A stretch of DNA of 64,000 bases, taken from contig JAWMAR010000074.1 of the NCBI GenBank assembly GCA_036785375.1, positions 7,068,001 to 7,132,000 of the forward strand, in the 5' to 3' direction. How positions within the stretch are numbered: the stretch's first letter is position 1; every line of letters starts with the position of its first letter. The DNA comes from Leucoraja ocellata (taxonomy: Eukaryota). A model generated the notes under the pieces. It saw only the letters and a list, made by a program, of their open reading frames with translations. It did no database searches and was not told the origin of the DNA. The translations under genes were made by a program, and so were the position numbers. This document shows, one piece after another, positions 1 to 11,361 of this stretch.

Positions 1-17
1 CGCCGCCTACCGTCAGT

Positions 18-165
18 CATATGTCAGTCCCGCCATCCCAGGAATTAACCTGGCTCCGTCAATAGCAAGAATGTCCTTCCTCAAACTAGGAGACCAAAAC
101 TGCACACCATACTCCAGGTGCAGTCTCACCAGAGCCCTGTTCAACTGCAGTAGGACCTCCTTGAT
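18..165 (-). mobile_element. CR1-clade LINE fragment (RT C-terminal region)
   Basis: Matches the internal part of the CR1 copy at 13520-14340 (ggagaccaaaactgcac..atactccaggtg..gtctcacc). Confidence 0.8.
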
Positions 166-992
166 CATATATTCAAAAATGTAATTATCATTTACCCCTA
201 TTTACTAAAATTCCATGTTAAAGACCTTATACCTAATTTTATAGGACTCTCAATATCTACCGATATGCTCCTCAGGTCACCTCTCCCCTGCCCAGCCCTC
301 CTAACTGCTCTTTGGAATGCAATGCCTTGAGTGTTTAGTTATGTTATAATTACTATATAAATGTTGTTGCTTCAAAATAATTTTTCAAACGTAACTTCTG
401 ATACAGAATTTAATCATTCCCAGATTCAGTGTGAATATTGCTTATTTTTAGATAAGTATGTTTGTCGAGCAAATTTAATTTTGCTGTACCGACAGAAAAG
501 GAAGTACAGTAATTGTACTCTTGGCATGCCGGCCACGGCATTCAATGCCCAGTATTTTTGAAATTATGACTGTACAAATCTTTAGTCAGGATCTTGTATA
601 ACGTCTTCTCAATCTTGTTGCAATGCTGCAACTCACTCCAACAGTCCAGCTGGAATGGAACTGAACCAGAGCACAAACGGAAAACTGTTCAACCAACGTC
701 ACTCCATATGGATGATGCTTGTGTATGTGTATATTTGGATGACATGCTAAAAGTCATCTTTGACTCATTCACTGAAATGTAAGTGAAAACAGACCTCACA
801 CATAACTTTTGTGGAACAAATGCTCTCTCTTAACATCCTAATGCTGCACAACACTGCCCCTGACAATAAAGGTCCAATGTTAGGAGGTGGAAAGCATGGA
901 CCACTTCCTGTATCTCAGGAGTCACCACTAAGTGAAGGAAGACATCCATGATACTATCATCTTCAGCACTAAATATGACTGTCTTAGGAAAA

Positions 993-1450
993 GTCTTATG
1001 AAGAAAGACTGGATAGACTTGGTTTATACTCTCTAGAATTTAGGAGATTGAGAGGGGATCTTATAGAAACTTACAAAATTCTTAAGGGGTTGGACAGGCT
1101 AGATGCAGGAAGATTGTTCCCGATGTTAGGAAAGTCCAGGACAAGGGGTCACAGCTTAAGGATAAGGGGGAAATCCTTTAAAACCGAGATGAGAAGAACT
1201 TTTTTCACACAGAGAGTGGTGCATCTCTGGAACTCTCTGCCACAGAGGGTAGTTGAGGCCAGTTCATTGGCTATATTTAAGAGGGAGTTAGATGTGGCCC
1301 TTGTGGCTAAGGGGATCAGGGGGTATGGAGAGAAGGCAGGTACGGGATACTGAGTTGGATGATCAGCCATGATCATATTGAATGGCGGTGCAGGCTCGAA
1401 GGGCCGAATGGCCTACTCCTGCACCTAATTTCTATGTTTCTATGTTTCTA
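993..1450 (+). mobile_element. CR1-clade LINE 3' end (5'-truncated, young subfamily)
   Basis: ORF 1048-1353 (RGDLIETYKILKG..RTRGHSLRI..FFTQRVVHLWNSLP) is the CR1 ORF2 C-terminus, followed by a 3'UTR hairpin and (TTTCTATG)n tail. Near-identical to copies at 13520, 31551, 42845 and 50209. Confidence 0.92.
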
Positions 1451-1605
1451 AGTGCTTTTGAAGTTTAAGACCACAAATCTGGTACAAAATCTGTAAAATC
1501 ATAAAATAAATGCCCGCGTAGACCATCTAGTCATTTGATTCTCCTCCACCATTCATCAAGATAATGGCACAGCTTATACCGCAGTGGCATTTTCTTGGAT
1601 TATTT

Positions 1606-1920
1606 CGCACAGTGGCGCAGTGGTAGAGTTGCTGCCTTATAGCGCCTGCAGCACCGAAGACCTGGGTTCGATCCCGACTACGGGTGCTGCCTGTACTGAG
1701 TTTGTACGTTCTCCCCGTGACCTGTGTGCGTTTTCTCAGAGATGTTCGGTTTCCTCCCACGCACCAAAGACGTACAGGTTTGTAGGTTCATTGGCTTGGT
1801 GTGTGTGTAAATTGTCCCTAGTGTGTGTAGGATAGGTTAATGTGCGGGGATTACTGATCGGTGCAGAGTCGGTGGGCCGAAGGGCCTGTTTCCATTCTGT
1901 ATCTCTAAACTAAACTGAAA
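1606..1920 (+). mobile_element. tRNA-derived V-SINE (HE1-like)
   Basis: A-box TGGCGCAGTGG, B-box GGTTCGATCCC, central domain (ttctccccgtgacc..ggtttcctcccac..ccaaaga) and CR1-like tail gggccgaagggcctgtttcc..(CTAAA)n. Confidence 0.88.
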
Positions 1921-2388
1921 AAAATCAACATGCCAATTCTATTAATGCCCAGAAACCTGTTAGTCGCTGTTTTCAATGCACACAATAAATCAGCCTTCAC
2001 AGACTTTCAAATTGTAGACTTTCAAATTGTAGACTTTCAAAAGTTCACCATCCAGTTACTGAAAATATTTCTTATTCTGAAACTATGTCTCTCAGTCCTA
2101 GACTCCTCAACCAGAGGATACAATCTTCTCACATCATTTTGATCAATGAGAACTGCTCTAATTTTTCCTCTAATATCTATAGTCATGGTCGATTTCAACC
2201 TTCAAGTGGACAGAGATTGTTTCATCCCATCGAGGTTCAGTCATTTGTTAGCAGTATGAGGACAGGTATTATAATCATTGACATTTACTGTATCCAAACT
2301 CTTAAAGGGATGATTGAAAGAGCTCTTAAAGTGATCAGGCCACCATCAGGAACCAGAAGGAATCTTGAGAAGGATGGTTTGAGGCTAC

Positions 2389-2617
2389 ATGTTTAAGAAG
2401 GAACTGCAGTTGCTGGAAAATCGAAGGTAGAAAAAAATGCTGGAGAAAATTTGCGGGTGAGGCAGCATCTATGGAACGAAGGAAATAGGCAATGTTTTGG
2501 GTCAAAACCCTTCTTCAGACTGAAGAAGAGTTTCGACCCGAAACATTGCCTATTTCCTTCGCTCAATAGATGCTGCCTCACCCGCTGAGTTTCTCCAGCA
2601 TTTTTGTCTACCTTTGA
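2389..2617. mobile_element. Penelope-derived palindromic retroposon with hammerhead-like core
   Basis: ~95-bp inverted arms centred on ttcag-a-ctgaa (~2519). CTGAAGA..GAAAC core on the + arm; the - arm reads AAAAC. Flanked by 11-bp direct repeat tttgaggctac (2378-2388, 2618-2628). Confidence 0.8.
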
Positions 2618-2725
2618 TTTGAGGCTACTGTCCCTTAGAAGCTCTGGTTGCATCAGTGCTAAAGATAGCAACCACTGATTGCTGAATCTATAGCCCACTG
2701 ATTTCCTGAACTTCAGGAGTATTTT

Positions 2726-3698
2726 AGTTCAAGTTCAAGTTCAAGTGAGTTTATTGTCATGTGTCCCTGATAGGAGAATGAAATTCTTGCTTTGCTTCAG
2801 CACAACAGAACTTAGCAGGCATTGACCATAAAACAGATCAGTGTGTCCATATACGATTATATAAATATGTATATATTTACATATATACATGAATAAATAA
2901 ACTGATGAAGTGCAAATAACAGATAATGGGTTATTAATGTTCAAAGTTTTGTCCGAGCCAGGTTTAATAGCCCGATGGCTGTGGGGAAATTGCTTTTCCT
3001 GAACCTGGTCATTGCAGCCTTTAGGCTCCTGTACGTTTTATCTGAAGGTAGCAGGGAGACGAGTGTGTGGCCAGGATGGTGTGGGTCTTTGATGAAACTG
3101 CCAGCCTTTTTGAGGTAGCGACTGCGATAAATCCCCTCGCTGGAAGGAAGGTCAGAGCCGATGATGGACTGGGCAGTGTTTACTACTTTTTGTAGTCTTT
3201 TCCTCTTCAGGGCGCTCAAGTTGCCGAACCAAGCCACTGTGCAACGGGTCAGCATGCTCTCTACTGTGCACCTGTAGAAGTTAGAGAGAGTCCTCCTTGA
3301 CAAACTGAGTCTCCGTAATCTTCTCAGGAAGTAGAGGTGCTGATGTGCTTTCTTGATAATTGTATCAGTGTTCTTGGACCAGGAAAGATCTTCAGAGATG
3401 TGCTCACCCAGGAATTTGAAGCTCTTGACCCTATCAACCATCGACCCATTGATATAAACAGGTCCCCATCCTACTCCTTCCAAAGTCCACAATCAGTTCC
3501 TTGGTTTTGCTGGTGTTGAGGGCCAGGCTGGCACCATATGGACAATTGCTCGATCTCTCTTCTATACTCTGACTCATCCCCATCAGTGATACGTCCCACA
3601 ATAGTGTTGTCGTCAGCGAACTTGATGATGGAATTCGCACTATGACTGGCTACGCAGTCATGAGTATAGAGTGAGCACAGCAGGGGGCTGAGCATGCT
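2726..3698 (-). mobile_element. Rex1/Babar-clade LINE, 5'-truncated and frameshifted
   Basis: RT motifs LSPLLCSLYTHDC..IIKFADD, KTKELIVDF, FKFLG.HISEDLSW..LYFLRRLRR..NFYRCTVES; (TTGAAC)n 3' tail at 2726-2745. Confidence 0.85.
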
Positions 3699-4574
3699 GC
3701 AGTGTGCAGTTATTTCATTGCAGTGACATTTCATGCTCCATGTTCAGTAGCCCTTGTTATCCTTGGATGCACTTACGGTATTTCATAACACATTAATTAT
3801 TTCTGCATTGTATTGATCTTGAAAATAACTACTTACAAATTTTCAATTTGATATTTTCTGAAGGCAACCTTTACTCTCTTTTTTTTAAAGCAATACTATC
3901 TACTCTGTTGCTGCTTAAACTGATTAATGTCAGGCCTTCTGACCTTACAGTAGTGAAATGTTGTACCAATAAAGTTCAATAAATTAGTTGCAATTATGCT
4001 GTCAAGTTGAAAGTGTACTCAATTTATAAAGTATTCAATTTTACTGCCAATCCTAATTGAAGCCAGAAAAACATTTACAATAATTTCATGAGGGATTGAC
4101 CCCCACCGTAGACATGATGGAAATTAGGTTTGACCTTTAACGAAAAGAGCTCATATTATTTTACAAAACAGGCTGACATTTTAATGCTATGACCTGCATG
4201 TATTGCCAGACTGTCCATTGATGACTCATTAACTGGATTTTCTGTTAAAAGTTCAGAATAACAACTATTACAAAATATTGGAGAAAACACAGCACAGGAG
4301 ACTGCAGAGGCTGGAATATTGAGCAAAATAAATGCATAAATGTTCTTTTAATTTTAAAAGTTAAAAATAAATCTTACTTTTATATTTAATATAAAGTGTT
4401 ATTTTAAGAAAAATAGTATCTGTGATGACTTTGGTAGCTGGTGAGCTTTGGGGAAGTGCATCACCAGCCATCAAGGCCTTTGTGGAAAAGAAGTCTGATG
4501 CTTAAGTACGCCGTAAAAACATTCTGCACCCCAAGGAGCTGAGAACTGAGCTGCCAACCAAGGACTGTGTTGGG

Positions 4575-4793
4575 ACTGAAAACAGACACAAAATGATGGA
4601 GTAACTCAGCAGGACAGGCAGCCAGTCTGGAGAGAAGGAATAGCTGAAGTTTCAGGTTGAGACCCTTCTTCAGACTCAAAACGTCATCCATTCCTTCTCT
4701 CCAAAGATGCTGCCTGTCCCGCTGGTGTTGAGTTACTCCAGCATTTTATGTCTATCTTTGGTTTAAACCAGCATCTGCAATTCATTCCTACAC
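4575..4793. mobile_element. Penelope-derived palindromic retroposon (older subfamily)
   Basis: Degenerate inverted arms around cccttcttcagac (~4663-4676), 3' tail aaaccagcatctgca, and 11-bp TSD actgtgttggg (4564-4574, 4794-4804). Confidence 0.75.
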
Positions 4794-5167
4794 ACTGTGT
4801 TGGGCCCACACTGGAATAAACAGTATGGTCCAGTTGCAGAGTGTCTGGCGATACCAAGGGCAGTGAAAGATCAGTACCTTGCCAATTAAAGAGAGCATAG
4901 CTCACTTTCAATATAGAACAAATATCTACCAGGAAATAATTTGATAGGGAAAGTTTTATATGGTGATATTACAGTAACTGATAAAGATTTATCATTACTA
5001 TATATTGCAGGTGTTGCTAAAGCAAATATTGATAAATATTAACATAGCAATTAGTTTCTGTAAATAGATAATTTGTGATGTAACAGACAATTTGTGCTGA
5101 TATCTACATCCGATTTTGTTTCTGCTCTTTCGAGTTACAAATTCTCAGTCAATTATATTTTTAGAAA

Positions 5168-5266
5168 GAAGATAGACACAAATAGCTGGAATAACTCAGC
5201 GGGCCAGGCAGCACCTCAGGAGAGAAGGAATGGGTGATGTTTTGGGTCGAGACCCTTCTTCAGACA
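5168..5266 (-). mobile_element. Penelope-derived fragment with degenerate hammerhead-like core
   Basis: Reverse complement reads tctgaagaagggtctcgacccaaaacatcaccc followed by the family body. Confidence 0.7.
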
Positions 5267-5595
5267 TTTTTCCAAAGGTCTTGGATCATACACTGTTATG
5301 GATTCTTATATCCTGCCTATAAGTAAGAACTAAAATCCAATCTGAGGAAAATGTTTGATTTTAGATTACTAACCAAAAAAAGAGGAAGAAATTTATGTGA
5401 CCTTCCAATTCGGCAATACATTACTAGCCCACTCCGGCATGCCTTTTAGTGTTGGCACAAGGTTTATCATTTCATCATTTATGCATGCAAAGGTATGCAA
5501 TTTGAATGTACTGTACTCTGCTGTCTCAATTACTACTCAATTACTTATTTCATAATGATATAATATAATATAATATAAATTATAATATGATATAA

Positions 5596-6941
5596 TCTAT
5601 ATTACTAAAACTCTGTTCTTGACCGCTTTCGGCTTTCTGTGCTGTGGTTTCCGAGAGTACGCCGCCACCTAGGGCCGTCATTTTTGGCCACCTCGCTCAG
5701 AGCCCCCCTCCGCCGCGTGTGTGCCGAGGATTTTTCCCGTCGTTGAAAATTGACAGAGATATTAATGTTTTTACAACATTTCCCATTTTCTCTGCTGCCC
5801 CTGCTGGAGGGAGGGGGAGCGACTATAAAACCAGGAAGTGGTGTGCCTCAATCAGTCTCTGCAAGTGGTGTGCCTCAATCAGTCTCTGCAAGTGGTGTGC
5901 CTCAATCAGAGCTTTGAATGACACTGACAAATGTCTACAGCACTGTGAGTACCCTCAATTTGGTTTGAAAATGAAAATATGGTTAGAGGTAAAAAAGCAC
6001 TGCCTGCAAATAGTTGTTTGGATTTGGGTTGAAGTAAAAAGGCACTCTCTCTTCCCCCCTCCCTCTCCACTCCCCCCTCCCTCTCCTCCCCCCCCCCCCT
6101 CCCTCTCCTCCCCCCCTCTCCTCTTCCCCCCCCTCTCTCCTCCCCCCCCCTCTCCTCCCCCCCTCTCTCCTCCCCCCCTCTCTCCTCCCCCCCTCTCTCC
6201 CCCCCCTCTCTCCTCCCCCCCTCTCCTCTCCCCCCTCCCCCCTCTCCTCTCTTCCCCCCTCTCCTCTCTTCCCCCTCTCCTCTCCTCCCCCCCCTGTTTC
6301 CCCCTCCCTCTCCCCCTCTCTCCCCCCTCTCTCCCCCCCTCTACTCTTCCACCCCCCTCTACTCTCCTCTCCCCCCTCTCTCTCTCCCCTCTTCCCCTCC
6401 ATCCCCTCCCCCACCATCCCTCCCCTAAACCCCCCTCCCCTCCACCTTCCCTCCCCCTCCTTGCTCCCCACACCTCACCCCCCTCTCAGCACACCCTCTC
6501 TCTCCCCTCTCCCTGTCTCCTCCCCTCTCCCCTCCTTCTCTCTCTCTCCCCCTCACCCACCCTCCCTCCCTCCCCTAAACCCCCTCCACACTCCACACCC
6601 CCTTCCCTCTTCCCGCCTCTCCCTCTCACCCCCTCAGCACGTCCTCTCTCTCCCCTTCACTCTCACCCTCTCTCTCTCCTCCCCTTTCAAGATTCAAGAT
6701 AGATTTAATTGTCACATGTGCCTAATGGCACAGTAAAATGAATTTCACTGTGCCATCAGTAGATAGGGTGGTTATGGGCTAAAAGGAGCAAATTAATAAT
6801 ATTAATATAATATCAAGGGGGGTAATTAGCGTGAGTGCGGGGGGGGGGGGGGATAGTTAGTGTGTGTGTGACGCTGCATGCCGCCTCCCCCCACAACCGC
6901 ACGTTGGGGGAACAGACCCAACGGGTCTGCACTTGGTCTAG
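5596..6941 (+). mobile_element. Non-autonomous Helitron
   Basis: 5' A|TCtatattactaaaa and 3' CTAG|T, GC hairpin cagaccc-aac-gggtctg (6913-6929) just before the end, no TSD, inserted in an AT-rich microsatellite. Contains a 27-bp tandem repeat (5836-5909) and a long C/T tract. Confidence 0.82.
6044..6688. repeat. Polypyrimidine/polypurine low-complexity tract within the Helitron
   Basis: (CCCCCTCTCT)-like degenerate repeats, which explain the Pro-rich and Gly/Glu/Arg-rich ORFs. Confidence 0.95.
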
Positions 6942-7739
6942 TATAATATAATATCAACTTCTCCAAATGGTCCAGAACTAATTGGTATCAAAGGACACTC
7001 AATGTACTTAAGCATGAAAACACAACATACAAGCACACACACATGTTTTTACATCACTTGATCATTTTCTAATGTCCATGAGATGGCCAGGGTTCAGCAA
7101 ACATCCATTATTAATGAAGCAACCCCAATATATATCTAGGGTTGGGCACTGCTTTTCAATGAAGAGATCTGGAATTTGACCACTTTATTTTACTATAAAG
7201 ATATATTGCAACATCAGAATGTCTAAGTAAACATTGCACTGTGATCTTTCACTACCTTCAAATTTATATTCAATCATGTCAGCAAAACGATATTTCATGA
7301 CTTCCAGCAGTATGAATTGTTCCTCAACTAATGTTCAATTTCACATAATGTTATGCCAGGAAAATAGACTTCACCATAATGCCAAAGAGATAGGTGCTGT
7401 TGAGAGTGTGGATTAATGGAGAGATTGCCAGCCAGTATAATAGGCCAAGCTTTTTCTTTCCAATTGTCAAAGGGCTTTTCCCCAGCCCGAATAATGACAG
7501 GCAAGCTGATAGATCTGTAAATCTAAAAGTTCAACAACCTATAAAGGTGAGCATGATTTTTAGGAGGCTGCGGGTTTAGCAGGTTTGAAGTGTTCATGTA
7601 ATGTCAGGAGAGCTGTCCCTGAAGGCTGTCTAAATTACATGGAAGGCACAAAAGTGTCATTATTAAATTCCTTCTGTGGGTGGAGAAAAACAGGAAAATT
7701 TCAAAGTATGGAAATGGGTTTAACCAGTTTTATTAATCT

Positions 7740-7741
7740 GA

Positions 7742-7776
<35 letters not shown>
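7740..7776. repeat. (GAAA)n microsatellite
   Basis: Read directly. Confidence 0.95.
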
Positions 7777-7777
<1 letters not shown>

Positions 7778-8127
7778 AGGCTCAGTTCAAGCAATCATTT
7801 ATCTGAAGAACCATCCTAATCTAAAGCATTGCCCGTCCATTCCCTCCACAATTGCTGCCCGACCCCGGAAATCATCCAGCATTATGTGCTTTGCAGAGGT
7901 AGGAAGAATATTGTTTATAATGAGAATCCAAACCTGAGGGGGTTTGTGTGTCCAGCAAATGAATTACAGTTGGCTCAACAAAATGGGACATGATTTTGAT
8001 GCATATTAAATTCAGATAATACTTATTCTAGGATATAAAGCATGGTACATAGTGATGGATGATGGTTTAGTGAGGGCTGTATTCCATTTACATTTTGACA
8101 TATCATTCTGTAGATTTCCCTTCAGGT

Positions 8128-8490
8128 GAGTTGAGTTGAGTTTAATTTATTGTCACGTGTACCGAGGTGCAGTGAAAAGCTTTTGTTGCATGCTAATTAG
8201 TCAGCGGAAAGACAATACATGATTACAATCAAATCATCCACAGTGTACAGATACGTGATAAAGGAAATAACATGCATAATGTTTAGTGTGAGATAAAGAC
8301 CACTCACATTTAATCAAAGATAGTCCAAGGAACTCCAATGGATGGTAGCTCAGGACTGCTTTCTAATTGTTGGTAGGATGGTTCAGCTGCCTGATAACAG
8401 CTGGGAATAAACTGTCCCTGAATCTGGAACATGCGTGTTTTCACATTTCTATACCTTTTGTCTGATGGAAGAGGGGAGAAGAGAGCATGC
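8128..8490 (-). mobile_element. Rex1/Babar LINE 3' end (degenerate)
   Basis: (GAGTT)n tail, tttattgtca 3'UTR motif, and aactgtccctgaatctgg..ttctataccttttg similar to other Rex1 copies. Confidence 0.65.
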
Positions 8491-8633
8491 TACTGAACGG
8501 GGAGGAGGAGGTCATTCCCCAATATACAGAAAGGTTCAAATCACAGTGGATAAAGCACACTTCAACTACAACAGCGTGGCACCCCAACACTGGAATGTCA
8601 GATGTTTTAAATTCTTCTATTTGGACTGTGGAC

Positions 8634-9263
8634 TTTAGAAATACAGCAGGGAAACAGGTCATTTGGCCCAACGAGTCAGTACCGACCAGCCATCACTCCA
8701 TACACTAACATTATCCTACACTCTAGGGACAATTTTACAACTTACCAAAGCCAATTAACCTACAAACCTGGAGTGTGGGATGAAACAATAGCACCCGGAA
8801 AAAACCCACGTGATCACAGGGAGAAGGTACAAACTCTATACAGACAGCACCTATGGTCAGGATTGAACCCGGGCCTCTGGTGCTGTAAGGGTTGAAGTAA
8901 AAAGGCACTCTCTCCCCCCCCCCCCCCTCCCTCTCCTCTCCCCCCTCTCTATCCTCTCCCCCCTCCCTCTCCTCCCCCCCCCTCCCTCTCCTCTCCCCCC
9001 CCTCTCCTCTCCCCCCTCCCTCTCCTCTCCCCCCCTCCCTCTCCTCTCCCCCCTCCCTCTCCTCTCCCCCCTCCCTCTCCTCTCCCCCCCTCCCTCTCCT
9101 CTCCCGCCCTCCCTCTCCTCTCCCCCCCCTCCCTCTCCTCTCCCCCCCCCCTCCCTCTCCTCCCCCCCGTCCCTCTCCTCCCCCCCCTCCCTCTCCTCTC
9201 CCCCCCTCTCCTCTCCCCTCCTCTCCTCCCCCCCTCCCCTGTAAGGCAGCAACTCTACTGCCA
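8634..9263 (-). mobile_element. V-SINE split by a ~350-bp Helitron-derived insert
   Basis: SINE tail and body at 8634-8890, head at 9239-9263. Insert 8891-9238 is flanked by ctgtaagg repeats. Confidence 0.75.
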
Positions 9264-10187
9264 TATATATTTCTCATATTAAAGACATTTGTTTCATCAA
9301 ATCTGTTCATTTTTTAATCAGAAATAAAAGTGCAAGGAAAAATCTAAGCCATCCTTTAAATTCATGAAACAACTTTTTCTAAATCACCATCCTCTGTGTC
9401 ACACAACCATAGGGATAAAAACAAATGAAACAAGAAGCTTGACTCATTTTACCCATGATTACTAAACACAGCTTCCATACGGGATTCCAGTAGTTTGGTC
9501 ACATGATCAGGCTTCCCATTTTTCCTATTAAGTTTATTTTGGGAAACTCAGTGCTCTTATTTTATAGCCTCAATTACACTGCAAAAGGTTGTGCAATGGT
9601 ATATTGAGTAGATTATTTGTACCTGCTTATTCAAATAATAACATATATTACTACAAATGAGATCAGGATAGTAAATGGCAGCTATTTAAGATAACACATC
9701 TGCTACATAGACCTTCAGATTAAAAAATGAACTTGAGTGAACTGTTGTTTCCCTGATTAATATGGAGCTAATGTGTTTTATTCCATTGGTGATTCATATC
9801 TTGTTCCTCTTTCTTGTGAGTCAGATTCCATTTCAGTCTGCATTGCTTTGAAACTGTATCTGCATCTCATCATTTACAACTGTCATCAGATGGGCAATAC
9901 TGCCATCTATGTGTACTGTCAGCCATCATGTACTAATCCAAACTAATTTGCCAATTTTACAAATTCATGTGACCTTTCTGGGAAATGTAATGTAAAATAA
10001 ATGACACACAGGTGATGATCCGTGCAATATGAATTTAAAATCAACAGACTATGTGAATGACTGATAGTCCACTGTTACAGAATTCAGCTGAGGCACTCCA
10101 TCAGGAAGGATGTGAAAATGTATCTGCATCAGGGGCTCTATTGACATCTGTGAGTCGGGGTTGAGTTTGCCAAACCAGGCCTCTTAA

Positions 10188-10497
10188 TGCACGGTGGCAT
10201 AGCGGTAGAGCTACTGCCTTACAGCGCCAGAGACCCGGGTTTGATCCTGACTATGGGTGCTTGTCTGTACAGAGTTTGTACGTTCTCCCCATGACCTGCT
10301 TGGGTTTTCTTCAAGATCTTCGGTTCCCTCCCACACTCCAAAGAAGTACAGGTTTATATGTTAAATGGCTTGGTATAAATGGATAAATGTAAAATTGTCC
10401 CTAGTGTGTGTAGGGTAGTGTTAATGTGCACGGATCGCTTGTCGGTGCAGACTCGGTGAGCCGAAAGGCCTGTTTCCGCACTGTATCTCTAAACTAA
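10188..10497 (+). mobile_element. V-SINE (HE1-like)
   Basis: A/B boxes, V domain and (CTAAA)n tail as at 1606. Confidence 0.88.
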
Positions 10498-10671
10498 ATG
10501 AAAATAAAATGTAGAATCCAAAGGGTTACATCCAATGCTGCCATTGTCCAAACAGTTGACATTGAACACCTTCTCTGTCAGAACATCAACAAATGCTACA
10601 TCAGCCCTTTCATATTTAAAGCCATGTTCCAATGGATAGTGCTGTTTGCCTTGTTTGCTAACTCAAAGCAC

Positions 10672-11335
10672 CATGGCAGGGGGAACAGATAGTCCACATG
10701 CCAATTCCCCAGAAGGCGGGTTGGTATTTGAGTTCTATTTGTAGAGAGGTCAGATGCAACTTTGATGGGAAGGTTACATGATACCAGATCTGGTATTACT
10801 CCATTAGTACTAACAAACCTAGTTGGTCCATCAACTTATTGGCACAAATAATTGCTGAAGCAGTTGAGCAACATCTTGAGAACTTAAGCTCAGTTCCATT
10901 AAAATAATCAATGGTCGAAAAGTGAAATTTGCCCATTTCACAACAAAGGTGTGCATGAACGCACCAGTCACCATGCTGAGAAGGACATTAGCCCCTGCAA
11001 TGCTAACACCAGGTGACAGCATGAAGAACAGGCAGATTGTCATGAATAACTTGTTAATGCAATGTCAAGTTGGACTTCAATATCTAAGATAATGCCATGC
11101 TAAGTTGAACACACATTCAGCAGTCCCTCATTTTGCTCCCTCCACCACCTATATTATTTAAAGGAATTATCAAGTCCATGCAGGGTCGCAGCAGATTAAG
11201 GTAATTGTTTTTATTCCTTAGCTTCTTACCCGAGGCTTTCCCATCGCAGTTTCATCTGAGCCCTCTGCAAATAGAACAAATACCATTCTGTCTTCTGGGG
11301 GCTTGGCATGTGGACTATCTCTCTTCCCTGCCATG
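10672..11335. repeat. Imperfect ~100-bp inverted repeat (arms 10672-10773 and 11236-11335)
   Basis: Manual alignment gives 17 substitutions and one 2-nt indel over ~102 nt. No similarity to the other repeats in the window. Confidence 0.9.
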
Positions 11336-11361
11336 ACTGCAGGATTCTCCTGCTCTGTGAT

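Noticed and set aside
1606-1690. tRNA genes at SINE heads (all copies)
   Set aside because: A/B boxes continue into the V domain and LINE tail, with no complete cloverleaf.
2001-2040. 15-bp tandem repeat agactttcaaattgt (~2.7 copies)
   Set aside because: Ordinary local slippage duplication with no further signal.
2389-2617. Interpreting the palindromic elements as DNA-transposon MITEs
   Set aside because: TSD length varies (11-15 bp), arms are asymmetric, and single-arm copies attach to a Penelope-like ORF end.
5644-6702. 352-aa Pro-rich ORF and antisense Gly/Glu/Arg-rich ORFs (also 8735-9310, 46823-47338)
   Set aside because: They result from C/T low-complexity tracts lacking stop codons inside Helitron-related sequence.
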